In this document: in pieces, positions 30,130 through 39,951 of the stretch
Numbering within the stretch: position 1 is the stretch's first letter
Layout: every line of letters begins with the position of its first letter
Source of the DNA: Clostridia bacterium
GTDB lineage: Bacteria > Bacillota > Clostridia > UMGS1883
Length of the DNA: 64,000 nt
Direction: 5' to 3'
Assembly (NCBI GenBank): GCA_051866635.1
Contig: JBJDXJ010000038.1
Span: 96,001 to 160,000 of the forward strand
The notes under the pieces: model-generated
Databases searched by the model: none
Told to the model about the DNA's origin: nothing
Seen by the model: only the letters and a program-made list of their open reading frames with translations
Made by a program: the position numbers and the translations under genes

Positions 30130-33100
30130 CTATTTTGTTATGGTTACGGTTTTTGCTTTTAAATCGGTTTGCACCGAAACACCGGAAACATATTCCATAA
30201 CGGCGGAAATTTCAGCAATAAGCTCCCCTGATTGGACAAAGAATTCTGCATTTGTAAGGTTTGTTTCATCACCTATGGAAATTGTTGTTTCGCCTTCCGT
30301 AAGGCTTGCACCGCTATCCATGATGGTAAGCTTTACTTTGCCTTGGGTTTCATATGTGTATTGAGCACCCAATGCATCAAGTACGGGACGTACTTCGCAA
30401 AGAACACCTGTTGCCGTGTCGGGTTTGTAAGGCTTCGTGGTAAACTTAACTTCTTCTCCGTTTACAATAACCTTAAAGGTATCCTTCATATCTACCTTTA
30501 TAAGTTGCCATTTCTGGTTAACGGCGCTAAGGGTATTGTCAGGTTTATTTTGAATTACTTTACCCTCCGAAATTTCCATAGAAAGGTTAGAACTTTTTGA
30601 AATTAAACGTACATAGCCGTTTTCTTCACTTTGAATTATCCATTTCTGGTTATCACCGCCGTTTGGTCCGTATACGATAAGTGCAGTTTTTGGTTCCTTG
30701 CTTCGTGCAGGCACATCAATTGCAAGAAGGGTTTTACCATGCTTTATTGTATATGCTTCACCGCCAACATTTTCGAAGGTCCAGATAAGGCTTTCATCAT
30801 TTTCGTCAAAGTCTGTAAGCGTTAATGCACCATCTGTAACTGTAAGTGCTTTGTTTGTTCCTACGTTTTTAATAATGTATTTAACAGTGTTATCTTCGTA
30901 ACTTGGAATACGTGTCTTTTTAATGTTCTTTAAAACAAGGCGGTTAAAGAGGGTATCTTCACGTTCAATTTTAAATGTGTTGACCTTTTCTGCCCTTTGA
31001 GGAAGCTCTGTCATTCCGTTAATTAATGAAAACTCTGTCATGGAAAGTGTAACGGAAGCACTTTCTAAGCCTTGTGCAGTTGCAGTTAATGTAAAGCTAT
31101 TACCCCGTGGTACACTTTGTACAAATACACGGTTCACACCGTTTTCCGCATAGCAGTAGTCTTTATGTATAACACTTGTTTCGTCAAATGTACCTGAGTT
31201 GTAGCCGCCTAAGAATACACCGTCGCCTTCTAATGTGAAGTCAATTCTGTCATATGCCAAGGGGCATACGTTTCCGTCCTCATCCACAATTTCAACATCA
31301 AAGTAACAAACATCGCTGCCATCGGCAATTAATCCGTCAGGTCCCGTATATGGGGTAAGGCGGATGCTTTTTACCTCGCCTGCGGTAACAATTTTGTCCT
31401 TTGCAATTACATCACCGTCACTGTTGTAACCGATAGCTGAAATGTAACCAGACTGCGTAACGTCAATATGCGGGAATTCGTAAACGTAGTTATCATATGG
31501 TGCATCGTTTGTGCCTACCAATCCGCCGTTTACGTACAGCTCAATTTTATCTATCATTTCACTGCCGAAAACGTAAACTGTTTTATCTGTGGGGTCACGA
31601 CGGTCTGTGTTATCAGTTACCTCCCAATATGTGCCATTCCATTCCTTGGTATGGTAGTTATAGTTTTCTTCGCTGTTTTCAGGGTAGTTCCAATGACCTA
31701 CTATGTGAACCATTGCCGTGTCAGACTGCATAACCTGCATTGCGTAAAACACGGGTTTTTTAATTCTTACAGGGTCAACCTTACCTGATGTACGGCAGTT
31801 TTCACTGCCCGCATTTCTTCCGTGCATGTTAGAGTCGCTCCACACCATAATGGCGGCACCTGAATAATAATCCTTACCTGTCAAGCCCCCAACACGGTTA
31901 TTGTAGAAATATGAATAGCCGTCATAGCTTGATGCCTGATAAACGGAAAACTCCTCCTGTGTCTGGTCCCATACATCATAGCCATCGGTTTTCTTGGCAC
32001 CGTCACCAAGCCACTTGTTAAGATAGTCATAATGTGGTGGTGAATAGTCATCCCACACACGCCTTGGCGATTCGTCACGCTTATATTCCGTTTCTAAAAT
32101 GGGTATGAACTTGCCCACTGTTGCCATGGAGCTTTTTGCCCATTCGTCATAGCGGTAAATCATTGTGCCTGCCCATTCTGCAGCTTTTATCTGTTCAGGG
32201 CTTGTTATGCTTCTGCAACCCATAAAACGGTAGCCTTTGGGGTCTAAAAGGTTTTTCATATCGGTCATTTCCTGCATGTGTTCTGCGGAGATTGCCGCAT
32301 TTCCCGCCTCATAAAAAATAACAGATGGGGAATTACGGAAATATATAATGGCATCACGCATTGATTCCATTCGCATATCCCATGTTCGTCCGTTTGTATC
32401 CCCTTCCTTGTCGCCTGCTGGGCATACGGACACAACGCCGTATTTGTCGCATGAACGTATTGCAACGGGCTTTGGGGTAACGTGCATCCAACGGATAAAG
32501 TTTGAACCTGACTGGCGTACAAGGTGCATATCATAATCGGTAAGCCAGTCGTTGGCAACGCCTATAACTGCCCATTCATTTGTAGAACGCTGGGCATATC
32601 CTTTAAGGTACACGCTTTCACCGTTTATTAAAAGACCACCGTTATCAATGTCGTATTCCACTTTCCTGAAGCCTGTTGTAATACATTCCGTGTCAACTTC
32701 TTCACCGTCAATTATAAGTGTGGTATATACATCGTAAAGGTGGGGGTTGTCAATACTCCAGAATGTAAGGGAAGAAACAGAGGCAGATGCACTTATGTAT
32801 GTTACAGAGGAGGTTTGGGCATTTGTAGGTGAAGGTGTTTCGCTGTATGCGTCCTGCGGCACAACGGTCTTGAAAACTTCGCCCTTGTCCTTTGCCACGG
32901 GTACAGTTGTTTCTTTCGATTCAAAGTGTGCAATTACCTTGTCGCCTTCTGCAATGTAAACACCGATTTTTGCACTAACATCACTGTCAGACTCGTTTCT
33001 TACTTCTGCCTTTACATTTATTGTGGCAGTTTTACTGTTAAAGTCAAAATCTGAGGGGTAAATATAATTACCTGTTGTTTTAAGGTTGTTATAAAGGGGC

Positions 33101-33804
33101 TTTGTCTGGTAAACAAGAGGCTTAACGTATAAATTCACGTTGCCTGTGATACCGCCCTGAACCTCGTTAAAATCCTTTTGGTTCCACTGGTAGCCTACGC
33201 CTGACCCATCCCCGGGAGTGTTGCCGGGAATTGTTTCAACTGTTGTGAAGGTTGAACCGCGGTAGGCGGCATTGTCGGTAATTAAAGCGATAAGGTTGTC
33301 CCCTTCTTTAACAAAAGAGGAAATGTCAAATCCCACAGGTGCCGTACCGTGTTCATAATAGCCCACAAAATTTCCGTTTATATAAAGATATATAGTCTGC
33401 CTGATAGCTTCAAACTCTATAATGAATTTCTTATTTTCAACGCTTTCAAGTGTAAAATGCTTTCGGTACATCATGTAGCCTCGGTAAAGAGAAGCTTCAC
33501 CTGCATCTTTGATTACGTTGTCAAAGGAGTCGGAAGCATTTGGTGCATGAGGAACAGACACCGTTTCCCACAATGAATCGTCATAATCCACTTCGTAAAA
33601 CTGCTTGCCGTCCTTTACCATGCTTTCCACGGCATCCTTTAAAGGAAACGCCACATTTGTTTTTGTAAACTTCCAGTCAAAGTTCATGTTATAGGTTTTT
33701 TCTTTAAGTTTGGGTAACATAACATCATCCTCTCCATGAATAGAAATCGGCATTGCAGACAAAAGAACCACAAGTGCCAATATACATAAAAATACTCTTT
33801 TCAT
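30130..33804 (-). CDS. Secreted GH2-family glycoside hydrolase with DUF4982/Ig domains, ricin-type lectin and C-terminal stalk domain
   Basis: Start MKRVFL at 33804 (RBS gggagg); signal peptide; GFR, LKGYAQR, NFIRWMH, RNSPSVIFYEAGN; NQKW ricin repeats; copper-amine-oxidase-N-like tail. Confidence 0.8.
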   Translation of the reverse strand: MKRVFLCILALVVLLSAMPISIHGEDDVMLPKLKEKTYNMNFDWKFTKTNVAFPLKDAVESMVKDGKQFYEVDYDDSLWETVSVPHAPNASDSFDNVIKDAGEASLYRGYMMYRKHFTLESVENKKFIIEFEAIRQTIYLYINGNFVGYYEHGTAPVGFDISSFVKEGDNLIALITDNAAYRGSTFTTVETIPGNTPGDGSGVGYQWNQKDFNEVQGGITGNVNLYVKPLVYQTKPLYNNLKTTGNYIYPSDFDFNSKTATINVKAEVRNESDSDVSAKIGVYIAEGDKVIAHFESKETTVPVAKDKGEVFKTVVPQDAYSETPSPTNAQTSSVTYISASASVSSLTFWSIDNPHLYDVYTTLIIDGEEVDTECITTGFRKVEYDIDNGGLLINGESVYLKGYAQRSTNEWAVIGVANDWLTDYDMHLVRQSGSNFIRWMHVTPKPVAIRSCDKYGVVSVCPAGDKEGDTNGRTWDMRMESMRDAIIYFRNSPSVIFYEAGNAAISAEHMQEMTDMKNLLDPKGYRFMGCRSITSPEQIKAAEWAGTMIYRYDEWAKSSMATVGKFIPILETEYKRDESPRRVWDDYSPPHYDYLNKWLGDGAKKTDGYDVWDQTQEEFSVYQASSYDGYSYFYNNRVGGLTGKDYYSGAAIMVWSDSNMHGRNAGSENCRTSGKVDPVRIKKPVFYAMQVMQSDTAMVHIVGHWNYPENSEENYNYHTKEWNGTYWEVTDNTDRRDPTDKTVYVFGSEMIDKIELYVNGGLVGTNDAPYDNYVYEFPHIDVTQSGYISAIGYNSDGDVIAKDKIVTAGEVKSIRLTPYTGPDGLIADGSDVCYFDVEIVDEDGNVCPLAYDRIDFTLEGDGVFLGGYNSGTFDETSVIHKDYCYAENGVNRVFVQSVPRGNSFTLTATAQGLESASVTLSMTEFSLINGMTELPQRAEKVNTFKIEREDTLFNRLVLKNIKKTRIPSYEDNTVKYIIKNVGTNKALTVTDGALTLTDFDENDESLIWTFENVGGEAYTIKHGKTLLAIDVPARSKEPKTALIVYGPNGGDNQKWIIQSEENGYVRLISKSSNLSMEISEGKVIQNKPDNTLSAVNQKWQLIKVDMKDTFKVIVNGEEVKFTTKPYKPDTATGVLCEVRPVLDALGAQYTYETQGKVKLTIMDSGASLTEGETTISIGDETNLTNAEFFVQSGELIAEISAVMEYVSGVSVQTDLKAKTVTITK

Positions 33805-33917
33805 TTTCAAATACCTCCCTTTTTTTGATTGTACCATTATTGAAACGCACATAAAATATATTTATGGTGTATAAATATTTGAAAATGATGTTTTTTGGAG
33901 AAGAAATGCTTGAAAAC

Positions 33918-34271
33918 TCATACATCTTTAAAGGCGTTTAACATAGAATCGATAGTTAATTCAACCAATCTTAACTGGTGTTTGTCAAGTTTATCAAGCT
34001 TTTTGGAAATGTTGTTCAGTTGAGGCACGGTACTCTTTTCCAGACAATCGCAAAGCAAGCTGTCAAGACTACATTCCAAGATGTTTGCAATTTTCACAAG
34101 TGTGTCTACGCTTGGTCTTTTACTGCCGTTTTCTAAATCCCAAAGGAAAGTAGAGGATATGCCAACCATTTCACTGAATTTATCCCCTGTCATATGCTTA
34201 AGCTGTCGCATTTCTTTAATTCGTTTCCCTAAATTCTGTGGTAAATCTTTATATTCGTCCTTCGTTTTCAT
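33918..34271 (-). CDS. XRE-family HTH transcriptional regulator
   Basis: LGKRIKEMR, GISSTFLWDLENG.KRPS..TL.KIA..L. Confidence 0.88.
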   Translation of the reverse strand: MKTKDEYKDLPQNLGKRIKEMRQLKHMTGDKFSEMVGISSTFLWDLENGSKRPSVDTLVKIANILECSLDSLLCDCLEKSTVPQLNNISKKLDKLDKHQLRLVELTIDSMLNAFKDV

Positions 34272-34376
34272 GAGAAATCACCGCCAACAGTTAAAAAATT
34301 CGCTTATAGTTTATTATAGCTTAATAATTAATAAAATCATGAAAAACCATCTATAAGAAGATATTTTAACCAACAG

Positions 34377-34405
34377 TTGACAAAAAGTAAGAGCGGTGTT
34401 ATAAT
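34377..34405 (+). promoter_or_regulatory. Consensus sigma-A promoter for the lipoprotein gene
   Basis: TTGACA-17-TATAAT. Confidence 0.8.
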
Positions 34406-34463
34406 CAATTTACAAATTATGGGCAAATAATTTTATAAATATTATAAAAGTGAGGTCTGACAA

Positions 34464-35057
34464 ATGAAAAAGAATATTTTGATTATTGTAGTTTTAACGG
34501 CAATATTGACAACAGGGTGTCTTAGCGGCAATAAACCTGAAAAAGAGGAAGTTTTTATTGAAACTGCAACAGAAAGTACAACAAATGAAACTTTAACAGA
34601 ATCGGTTGAGATTTCTTCCGAAGAAGAAACAGTCGAAAAAGAAACTGTTTTTGAAGAAGTGAAGATAATTGAAACTGCCCCATCAGGTAAGACTGAAAAA
34701 ACGAAAAATACAACCTCATCAAATACAACATCGTCAAGCACAACATCGTCAAGCACAACTTCATCAAGCACAACCCCGTCAAGTACCACTTCATCAAGTA
34801 CAACTTCATCAAGCACAACCCCGTCAAGCACCACTTCATCAAGCACCACTTCATCAAGCACAACCTCATCAAATACAACCTCTTCAAATGCAACCTCCAA
34901 CGAAAAGGTTAACAATCCCAACACAAACGGGCAAAAGGTTTACAGAACACCTACAGGAAAGAAATATCACTACGACCCTGACTGCGGTGGCAAAAACTCT
35001 TATGAAACAACATATTATGCAGATCTTGACCCCTGCAAAAAGTGTGTGCTTAAATAA
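34464..35057 (+). CDS. Lipoprotein with Ser/Thr repeat stalk and small C-terminal His/Cys domain
   Basis: Lipobox-like LTTGC; 13 xTTSS-type units; VYRTPTGKKYH...C...PCKKC. Confidence 0.8.
   Translation: MKKNILIIVVLTAILTTGCLSGNKPEKEEVFIETATESTTNETLTESVEISSEEETVEKETVFEEVKIIETAPSGKTEKTKNTTSSNTTSSSTTSSSTTSSSTTPSSTTSSSTTSSSTTPSSTTSSSTTSSSTTSSNTTSSNATSNEKVNNPNTNGQKVYRTPTGKKYHYDPDCGGKNSYETTYYADLDPCKKCVLK
34707..34901 (+). repeat. 15-bp coding tandem repeat, 13 copies
   Basis: Units such as agcacaacttcatca encoding NTTSS/STTSS/STTPS. Confidence 0.9.
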
Positions 35058-35074
35058 AAACATATTCCTTTTAC

Positions 35075-35098
35075 AAAAGTGCAGATTTCTGCACTTTT
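35075..35098 (+). terminator. Intrinsic terminator
   Basis: aaaagtgcaga-tt-tctgcactttt. Confidence 0.7.
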
Positions 35099-35102
35099 AC
35101 TA

Positions 35103-35139
35103 TTGACTTTATCGCTTTAGCATGATATAGTGTTAAAGT
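35103..35139 (+). promoter_or_regulatory. his operon promoter overlapped by a palindromic (HisR/YerC-type) operator
   Basis: TTGACT-17-TATAGT; imperfect 34-bp palindrome actttatcgctttagcatgatatagtgttaaagt. Confidence 0.65.
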
Positions 35140-35159
35140 AAATTTTAGGAGGCGAGAAA

Positions 35160-35447
35160 ATGACAAATTTCTATTGCGAAGATATAAAAGAATTATTTAA
35201 AGCAATTTTACTTTTGGAAAATGAAGATGAATGTTTAAAATTTTTTGAGGATATATGCACTGTAAAGGAAATACAGGATATGGCACAAAGGCTTAATGTG
35301 GCTAAAACATTAAAGCAGGGTAAAAGCTATCAGGAGGTTTCAAAGGAAACAGGAGCTTCAACCGCAACAATAAGCCGTGTTAACAAATGCCTTGTATACG
35401 GCACAGGGGGATATAATACTATTTTGGAAAGGCTTGGAGAAATATGA
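35160..35447 (+). CDS. YerC/YecD TrpR-like repressor (probable HisR)
   Basis: FFEDICT.KE...MAQRL.VA, TGASTATISRV..CL.YG.GGY; first gene of the his operon. Confidence 0.9.
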   Translation: MTNFYCEDIKELFKAILLLENEDECLKFFEDICTVKEIQDMAQRLNVAKTLKQGKSYQEVSKETGASTATISRVNKCLVYGTGGYNTILERLGEI

Positions 35448-37018
35448 TGAATATAGATATGAGTGTTTTAAAAAATGATGAAAGGGCGATTTTTACTCTG
35501 CGTTCTTTATATAAGAAGTACGGTTACAGCCTCTTTATGATGAGCAAGTTTGAAGAGTATGATTTATATGTAAGAAACAAAGATTTCTTAGTTTCCGACA
35601 ACATAATCACTTTTAACGACACCGACGGTAAACTTATGGCATTAAAGCCCGATGTTACCTTGTCAATTATTAAAAATACAAAAAGCGGTCAGGGCGGTGT
35701 AAGAAAGGTTTACTACAATGAAAACGTATACCGTGTGTCAAAGGGGACAAATTCCTTTAAAGAAATTATGCAGGTGGGACTGGAATGTATCGGTCAGATT
35801 GACAAAAGCCATATTACCGAGGTTATTTGTCTTGCGGCGGCAAGCCTTAAAAGTATTTCGGGAAAGTTTGTGCTTGACATATCCCACCTTGGTATCGTTT
35901 CCTCTGTTTTGAACAGGATGGACATAGAAGAAGGCGACAGAAAAGAAATCATAAAAGCAATGGGTGAAAAGAATGTTCACCGCATTGAGGAAATTTGCAA
36001 AAACAACGGAAAAAATGCAGAAATGATTAAAAAGCTGGCATCAACATACGGCGAAAGCAGTTTGGTTTTAGAAAGTTTGAAGCAAATCTGCGGCGAATAT
36101 GACGAAAATGTCAGGGAATTGGAATATATAACAAAGGTTCTGGAAAAAGAAGGATATAAGGATAATATAATTATTGACTTTTCAGTTATAAATGACGTAA
36201 ACTATTACAATGGTGTTGTATTTAAAGGCTATATTGAAAATGTGGCAGAAGGCGTGCTCTCAGGTGGTCAGTATGACAACCTTTTGGCAAAAATGGGAAA
36301 GAGCGATAAGGCAATTGGCTTTGCAGTATATCTTGACCGTCTTTCACGTATTGACAGTATGGACGAAATTGCAAACGAAAAGTCGGAAGAAAAAAAGATG
36401 CTTAACATTGCCCTTCCCAAAGGCAGACTTGGGGAAAAGGTATACTCAATGTTTGAAAAGGCAGGCTTTGAATGTCCTTCCATAAAGGAAAACAACCGCA
36501 AACTTATTTTTGAGAACCAAGAAAAGGGTGTAAGGTACTTTTGGGTAAAGCCTTCCGATGTTTCCATTTATGTTGAACGGGGTGCCGCTGACATAGGTGT
36601 TGCAGGTAAGGATATTTTGCTTGAATATGAGCCTGATGTGTACGAACTTTTAGACCTTGATATAGGCAAGTGCCGTATGGCTGTTGCCGCAAAAAAGGAC
36701 TTTACGGATGATACGGAAAAGACACTTCGTGTTGCCACAAAGTTTACAAATATTACAAAGAATTACTACGCTTCACAAGGCAGGGATATTGACATTATCC
36801 ACCTTAACGGCTCTATTGAAATTGCACCTATTTTAGGCTTAAGTGATGTTATTGTTGACATAGTTGAAACGGGAACAACCCTTCGTGAAAATAACCTTGA
36901 AGTTATTGAAACGGTTGTACCTATAAGTGCAAGGCTTATTGCAAATAAGTCGGGCTTTATGTTCAAACGTGAAATGATTGAAAAGCTGACAGAAAGCATC
37001 AAAAATTTGGAGGAATAA
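35444..37018 (+). CDS. hisG: Fused HisZ (regulatory subunit) - HisG (short-form ATP phosphoribosyltransferase)
   Basis: N-part LKPDVT, QVGLE, YYNGVVFKG, GGQYD.L, AIGFA (HisZ); from aa 319 MLNIALPKGRLG, DIGVAGKD, RVATKF, GSIEIAP, DIVETGTTL (HisG). Confidence 0.9.
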   Translation: MMNIDMSVLKNDERAIFTLRSLYKKYGYSLFMMSKFEEYDLYVRNKDFLVSDNIITFNDTDGKLMALKPDVTLSIIKNTKSGQGGVRKVYYNENVYRVSKGTNSFKEIMQVGLECIGQIDKSHITEVICLAAASLKSISGKFVLDISHLGIVSSVLNRMDIEEGDRKEIIKAMGEKNVHRIEEICKNNGKNAEMIKKLASTYGESSLVLESLKQICGEYDENVRELEYITKVLEKEGYKDNIIIDFSVINDVNYYNGVVFKGYIENVAEGVLSGGQYDNLLAKMGKSDKAIGFAVYLDRLSRIDSMDEIANEKSEEKKMLNIALPKGRLGEKVYSMFEKAGFECPSIKENNRKLIFENQEKGVRYFWVKPSDVSIYVERGAADIGVAGKDILLEYEPDVYELLDLDIGKCRMAVAAKKDFTDDTEKTLRVATKFTNITKNYYASQGRDIDIIHLNGSIEIAPILGLSDVIVDIVETGTTLRENNLEVIETVVPISARLIANKSGFMFKREMIEKLTESIKNLEE

Positions 37019-37020
37019 GT

Positions 37021-38295
37021 ATGATTAAAATATTGGAATATTCATCTGTTAATAAAAATGATATATTTGCAAGAAGCGAAGCAAAGGTTAATGTGGCAGA
37101 AATCGTTTCCGACATTATTTCAAACGTGAGAGAGCGTGGCGATGAAGCGGTAAAGGAATACTGCAAAAAGTTCGACAAGGCGGACCTTACGAGCCTTCTT
37201 GTAACAGAAGAAGAAATTGACCGTGCATTTGAAGAAGTGGATGAAAAGTTTATTGAGATACTTAAAAAGGCAAGTGCCAACATACGTAAATTCCACCAAA
37301 AGCAAGTGAGGAACAGTTTTATCATAAACGACGAAAAAGGTATTGTAACAGGGCAGAAGGTAATCCCCGTTGACCGTGCAGGGCTTTATGTGCCCGGGGG
37401 AACTGCCGCATATCCTTCAACGGTTTTGATGGATGCTATCCCTGCCTTCATTGCGGGGGTAAAGGAAATTGTCATGGTAACACCCCCTGACAAAAACGGA
37501 AATATAAACCCCGTAATACTTGCGGCGGCAAAGATTGCAGGGGTAACTAAAATATTTAAAACAGGCGGTGCACAGGCAATTGCGGCACTTGCCTACGGTA
37601 CGGAAAGCATACCTAAGGTTGACAAAATTGTGGGCCCCGGTAACGCATTTGTTGCCGAAGCAAAAAAACAGGTTTTCGGTGTTGTTTCAATTGATATGAT
37701 TGCAGGCCCCAGTGAAATACTTGTTGTAGCCGATAAAACCTGTAACCCCAAATATGTTGCGGCTGATTTGTTAAGCCAGGCGGAACACGATAAAATGGCA
37801 AGTGCCGTCCTTGTAACCGACAGTATGGAGCTTGCGAAAAATGTACAAAAGGAAATTGAAATACAGCTTGAAAGCCTTGAAAGGTACGAAATTGCCCGTG
37901 AATCTATTGACAACAACGGTAAAATCATTGTGGCAGATACACTTTATGCGGCTATAGATATTGCAAACGAATTGGCACCTGAACATTTAGAGCTTTGTGT
38001 GGACAATCCCTTTGACTATATTGACTCTGTCCGTCATGCAGGCAGTGTTTTCATGGGTAAGTATTGCCCCGAAGCCTTGGGCGATTATTTTGCAGGTGCT
38101 AACCACACCCTTCCCACAAGCGGTACTGCCAAATTTGCAAGTCCTCTTTCCGTTGATGACTTTGTAAAGAAAATGCAGTACACCTATTATACAAAGGACG
38201 CACTTGAAAGTGTTGCCCGTGACGTTGAATATTTTGCAAAAAAAGAAGGACTTACGGCACACGCTAAAAGTGCTGTTATACGCTTGGAGGACTGA
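37021..38295 (+). CDS. hisD: Histidinol dehydrogenase
   Basis: YVPGG.A.YPS, GPGN, DMIAGPSE, SQAEHD, APEHLE, NHTLPT. Confidence 0.97.
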   Translation: MIKILEYSSVNKNDIFARSEAKVNVAEIVSDIISNVRERGDEAVKEYCKKFDKADLTSLLVTEEEIDRAFEEVDEKFIEILKKASANIRKFHQKQVRNSFIINDEKGIVTGQKVIPVDRAGLYVPGGTAAYPSTVLMDAIPAFIAGVKEIVMVTPPDKNGNINPVILAAAKIAGVTKIFKTGGAQAIAALAYGTESIPKVDKIVGPGNAFVAEAKKQVFGVVSIDMIAGPSEILVVADKTCNPKYVAADLLSQAEHDKMASAVLVTDSMELAKNVQKEIEIQLESLERYEIARESIDNNGKIIVADTLYAAIDIANELAPEHLELCVDNPFDYIDSVRHAGSVFMGKYCPEALGDYFAGANHTLPTSGTAKFASPLSVDDFVKKMQYTYYTKDALESVARDVEYFAKKEGLTAHAKSAVIRLED

Positions 38296-38300
38296 TTTCA

Positions 38301-39374
38301 TTGAGCAGATTTTTTTCGGATAAATATAAAAAACTTATTCCATACACCCCGGGTGAACAGCCAAAGGATATGGAATACATAAAACTTAATACAAACGAGT
38401 CACCCTTTCCGCCCTCTGAAAGGTCAGCGGAATATGCCTTGAAAGAGGCAAGGATGCTTCACTTATATCCCGACCCTGAATGTAGCCGTCTTACAAAAAA
38501 GCTCGCTGAAACATTGGGCGTTTCACCTGACTGCGTTCTTTGCACAAACGGGTCCGACGAAATTTTAAACTTTGCATTTATGGCATATTGCGACAGTAAA
38601 ACACCTGCCGTATTTCCCGACATAACATACGGATTTTATTCGGTCTTTGCCGATATTAACAATGTAGAATATGAAACTGTTCCCTTAAAGGACAACTTTA
38701 CAATTGACATATCAGACTACTTTGACAAAAATGCTACAATATTTATAGCAAACCCCAATGCACCTACAGGCATCGCCTTATCTTTAGAGGAAATTGAAGA
38801 AATTCTGAAACATAACAAAAATAACATTGTTGTAATTGATGAGGCATATGTGGACTTTGGCAATCAAAGTGCGGTAAGTCTTATACATAAATACGATAAT
38901 TTGCTTGTGACGCAAACATTTTCAAAGTCACGCTCATTAGCCGGGGGAAGATTGGGTTTCGGGGTAGGATGCCGTGAACTTATACAGGATTTGAACACAA
39001 TAAAATATTCCACAAACCCCTATAATATTAACCGTATGACTATGGCATCTGCCTTAGGTATGCTGGAGGACGAAAAATACACCCGTGATAACTGTAAAAA
39101 GATTATTGAAAACAGGGAATATGCAGCAGGCGAGCTTGGAAAGTTAGGCTTTGAAATGACAAATTCAACTGCAAACTTTATTTTTGCAAAGCATAACAGG
39201 ATGGACGGTGAAGAGCTTTATAAAATGCTTAAGGAAAAAGGTATTCTCATCCGCCATTTTAACACAGAGAGGATTAAGGACTATAACCGCATAACCATAG
39301 GCACAAAGGAGCAGATGGAAAAGCTTATAGATACTGTAAGAGAAATACTGGAGGTAAGTTATGAGAGAGATTGA
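38301..39374 (+). CDS. hisC: Histidinol-phosphate aminotransferase
   Basis: KLNTNESP, NGSDE, NPNAPTG, DEAY, TFSKS..LAG.RLG. Confidence 0.94.
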   Translation: MSRFFSDKYKKLIPYTPGEQPKDMEYIKLNTNESPFPPSERSAEYALKEARMLHLYPDPECSRLTKKLAETLGVSPDCVLCTNGSDEILNFAFMAYCDSKTPAVFPDITYGFYSVFADINNVEYETVPLKDNFTIDISDYFDKNATIFIANPNAPTGIALSLEEIEEILKHNKNNIVVIDEAYVDFGNQSAVSLIHKYDNLLVTQTFSKSRSLAGGRLGFGVGCRELIQDLNTIKYSTNPYNINRMTMASALGMLEDEKYTRDNCKKIIENREYAAGELGKLGFEMTNSTANFIFAKHNRMDGEELYKMLKEKGILIRHFNTERIKDYNRITIGTKEQMEKLIDTVREILEVSYERD

Positions 39375-39951
39375 AATTGTAAGAGAAACGGGAGAAACAC
39401 AGATAAAAGCGGTTTTAAAAATTGACGGGAAAGGCGAAAGCCGTGTACAGTCAGGTTGTGGATTTTTAGACCATATGCTGACACTTTTTGCAAAGCACGG
39501 AAGGTTTGATCTTAATCTTCAGTGTAAGGGCGATGTGGAGGTTGACTATCACCACAGTGTTGAGGATATCGGCATTGTTTTAGGGGACGCATTTAATAAA
39601 GCCCTTGGGGATAAGAAGGGCATTACCCGTTACGGCAGTACTATCCTTCCAATGGACGAAGCACTTATAATGACGGCAGTTGACCTTTCGGGCAGAAGCT
39701 ATCTTGGATATAACGTAAATATTCCCACTGAAAAGGTAGGGGACTTTGATACCGAGCTTGTGGAGGAATTTTTCTTAGCGTTTACCCGTCAGTGCCGTTG
39801 TAATCTTCATATCAATATGCTTTCGGGAACAAATTCACATCATATTATTGAGGGCATATTTAAATCAGTTGCACGGAGCTTAAAGGCGGCAGTTAAAATT
39901 GAAGAAGGCTTCGAGAATGAAATTCCTTCTACTAAGGGAGTGTTAGAATGA
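39361..39951 (+). CDS. hisB: Imidazoleglycerol-phosphate dehydratase
   Basis: FLDHML, DYHHSVED, PMDEAL, NSHHIIE, PSTKG. Confidence 0.96.
   Translation: MREIEIVRETGETQIKAVLKIDGKGESRVQSGCGFLDHMLTLFAKHGRFDLNLQCKGDVEVDYHHSVEDIGIVLGDAFNKALGDKKGITRYGSTILPMDEALIMTAVDLSGRSYLGYNVNIPTEKVGDFDTELVEEFFLAFTRQCRCNLHINMLSGTNSHHIIEGIFKSVARSLKAAVKIEEGFENEIPSTKGVLE

Noticed and set aside
34707-34901. Possible CRISPR array
   Set aside because: Contiguous coding tandem repeat with no spacers and no cas genes.
34442-35106. Repetitive ORFs (VVLDE repeats, QAQ.H repeats) in other frames
   Set aside because: Alternative readings of the 15-bp Ser/Thr repeat; only the lipoprotein frame has a signal peptide and promoter.
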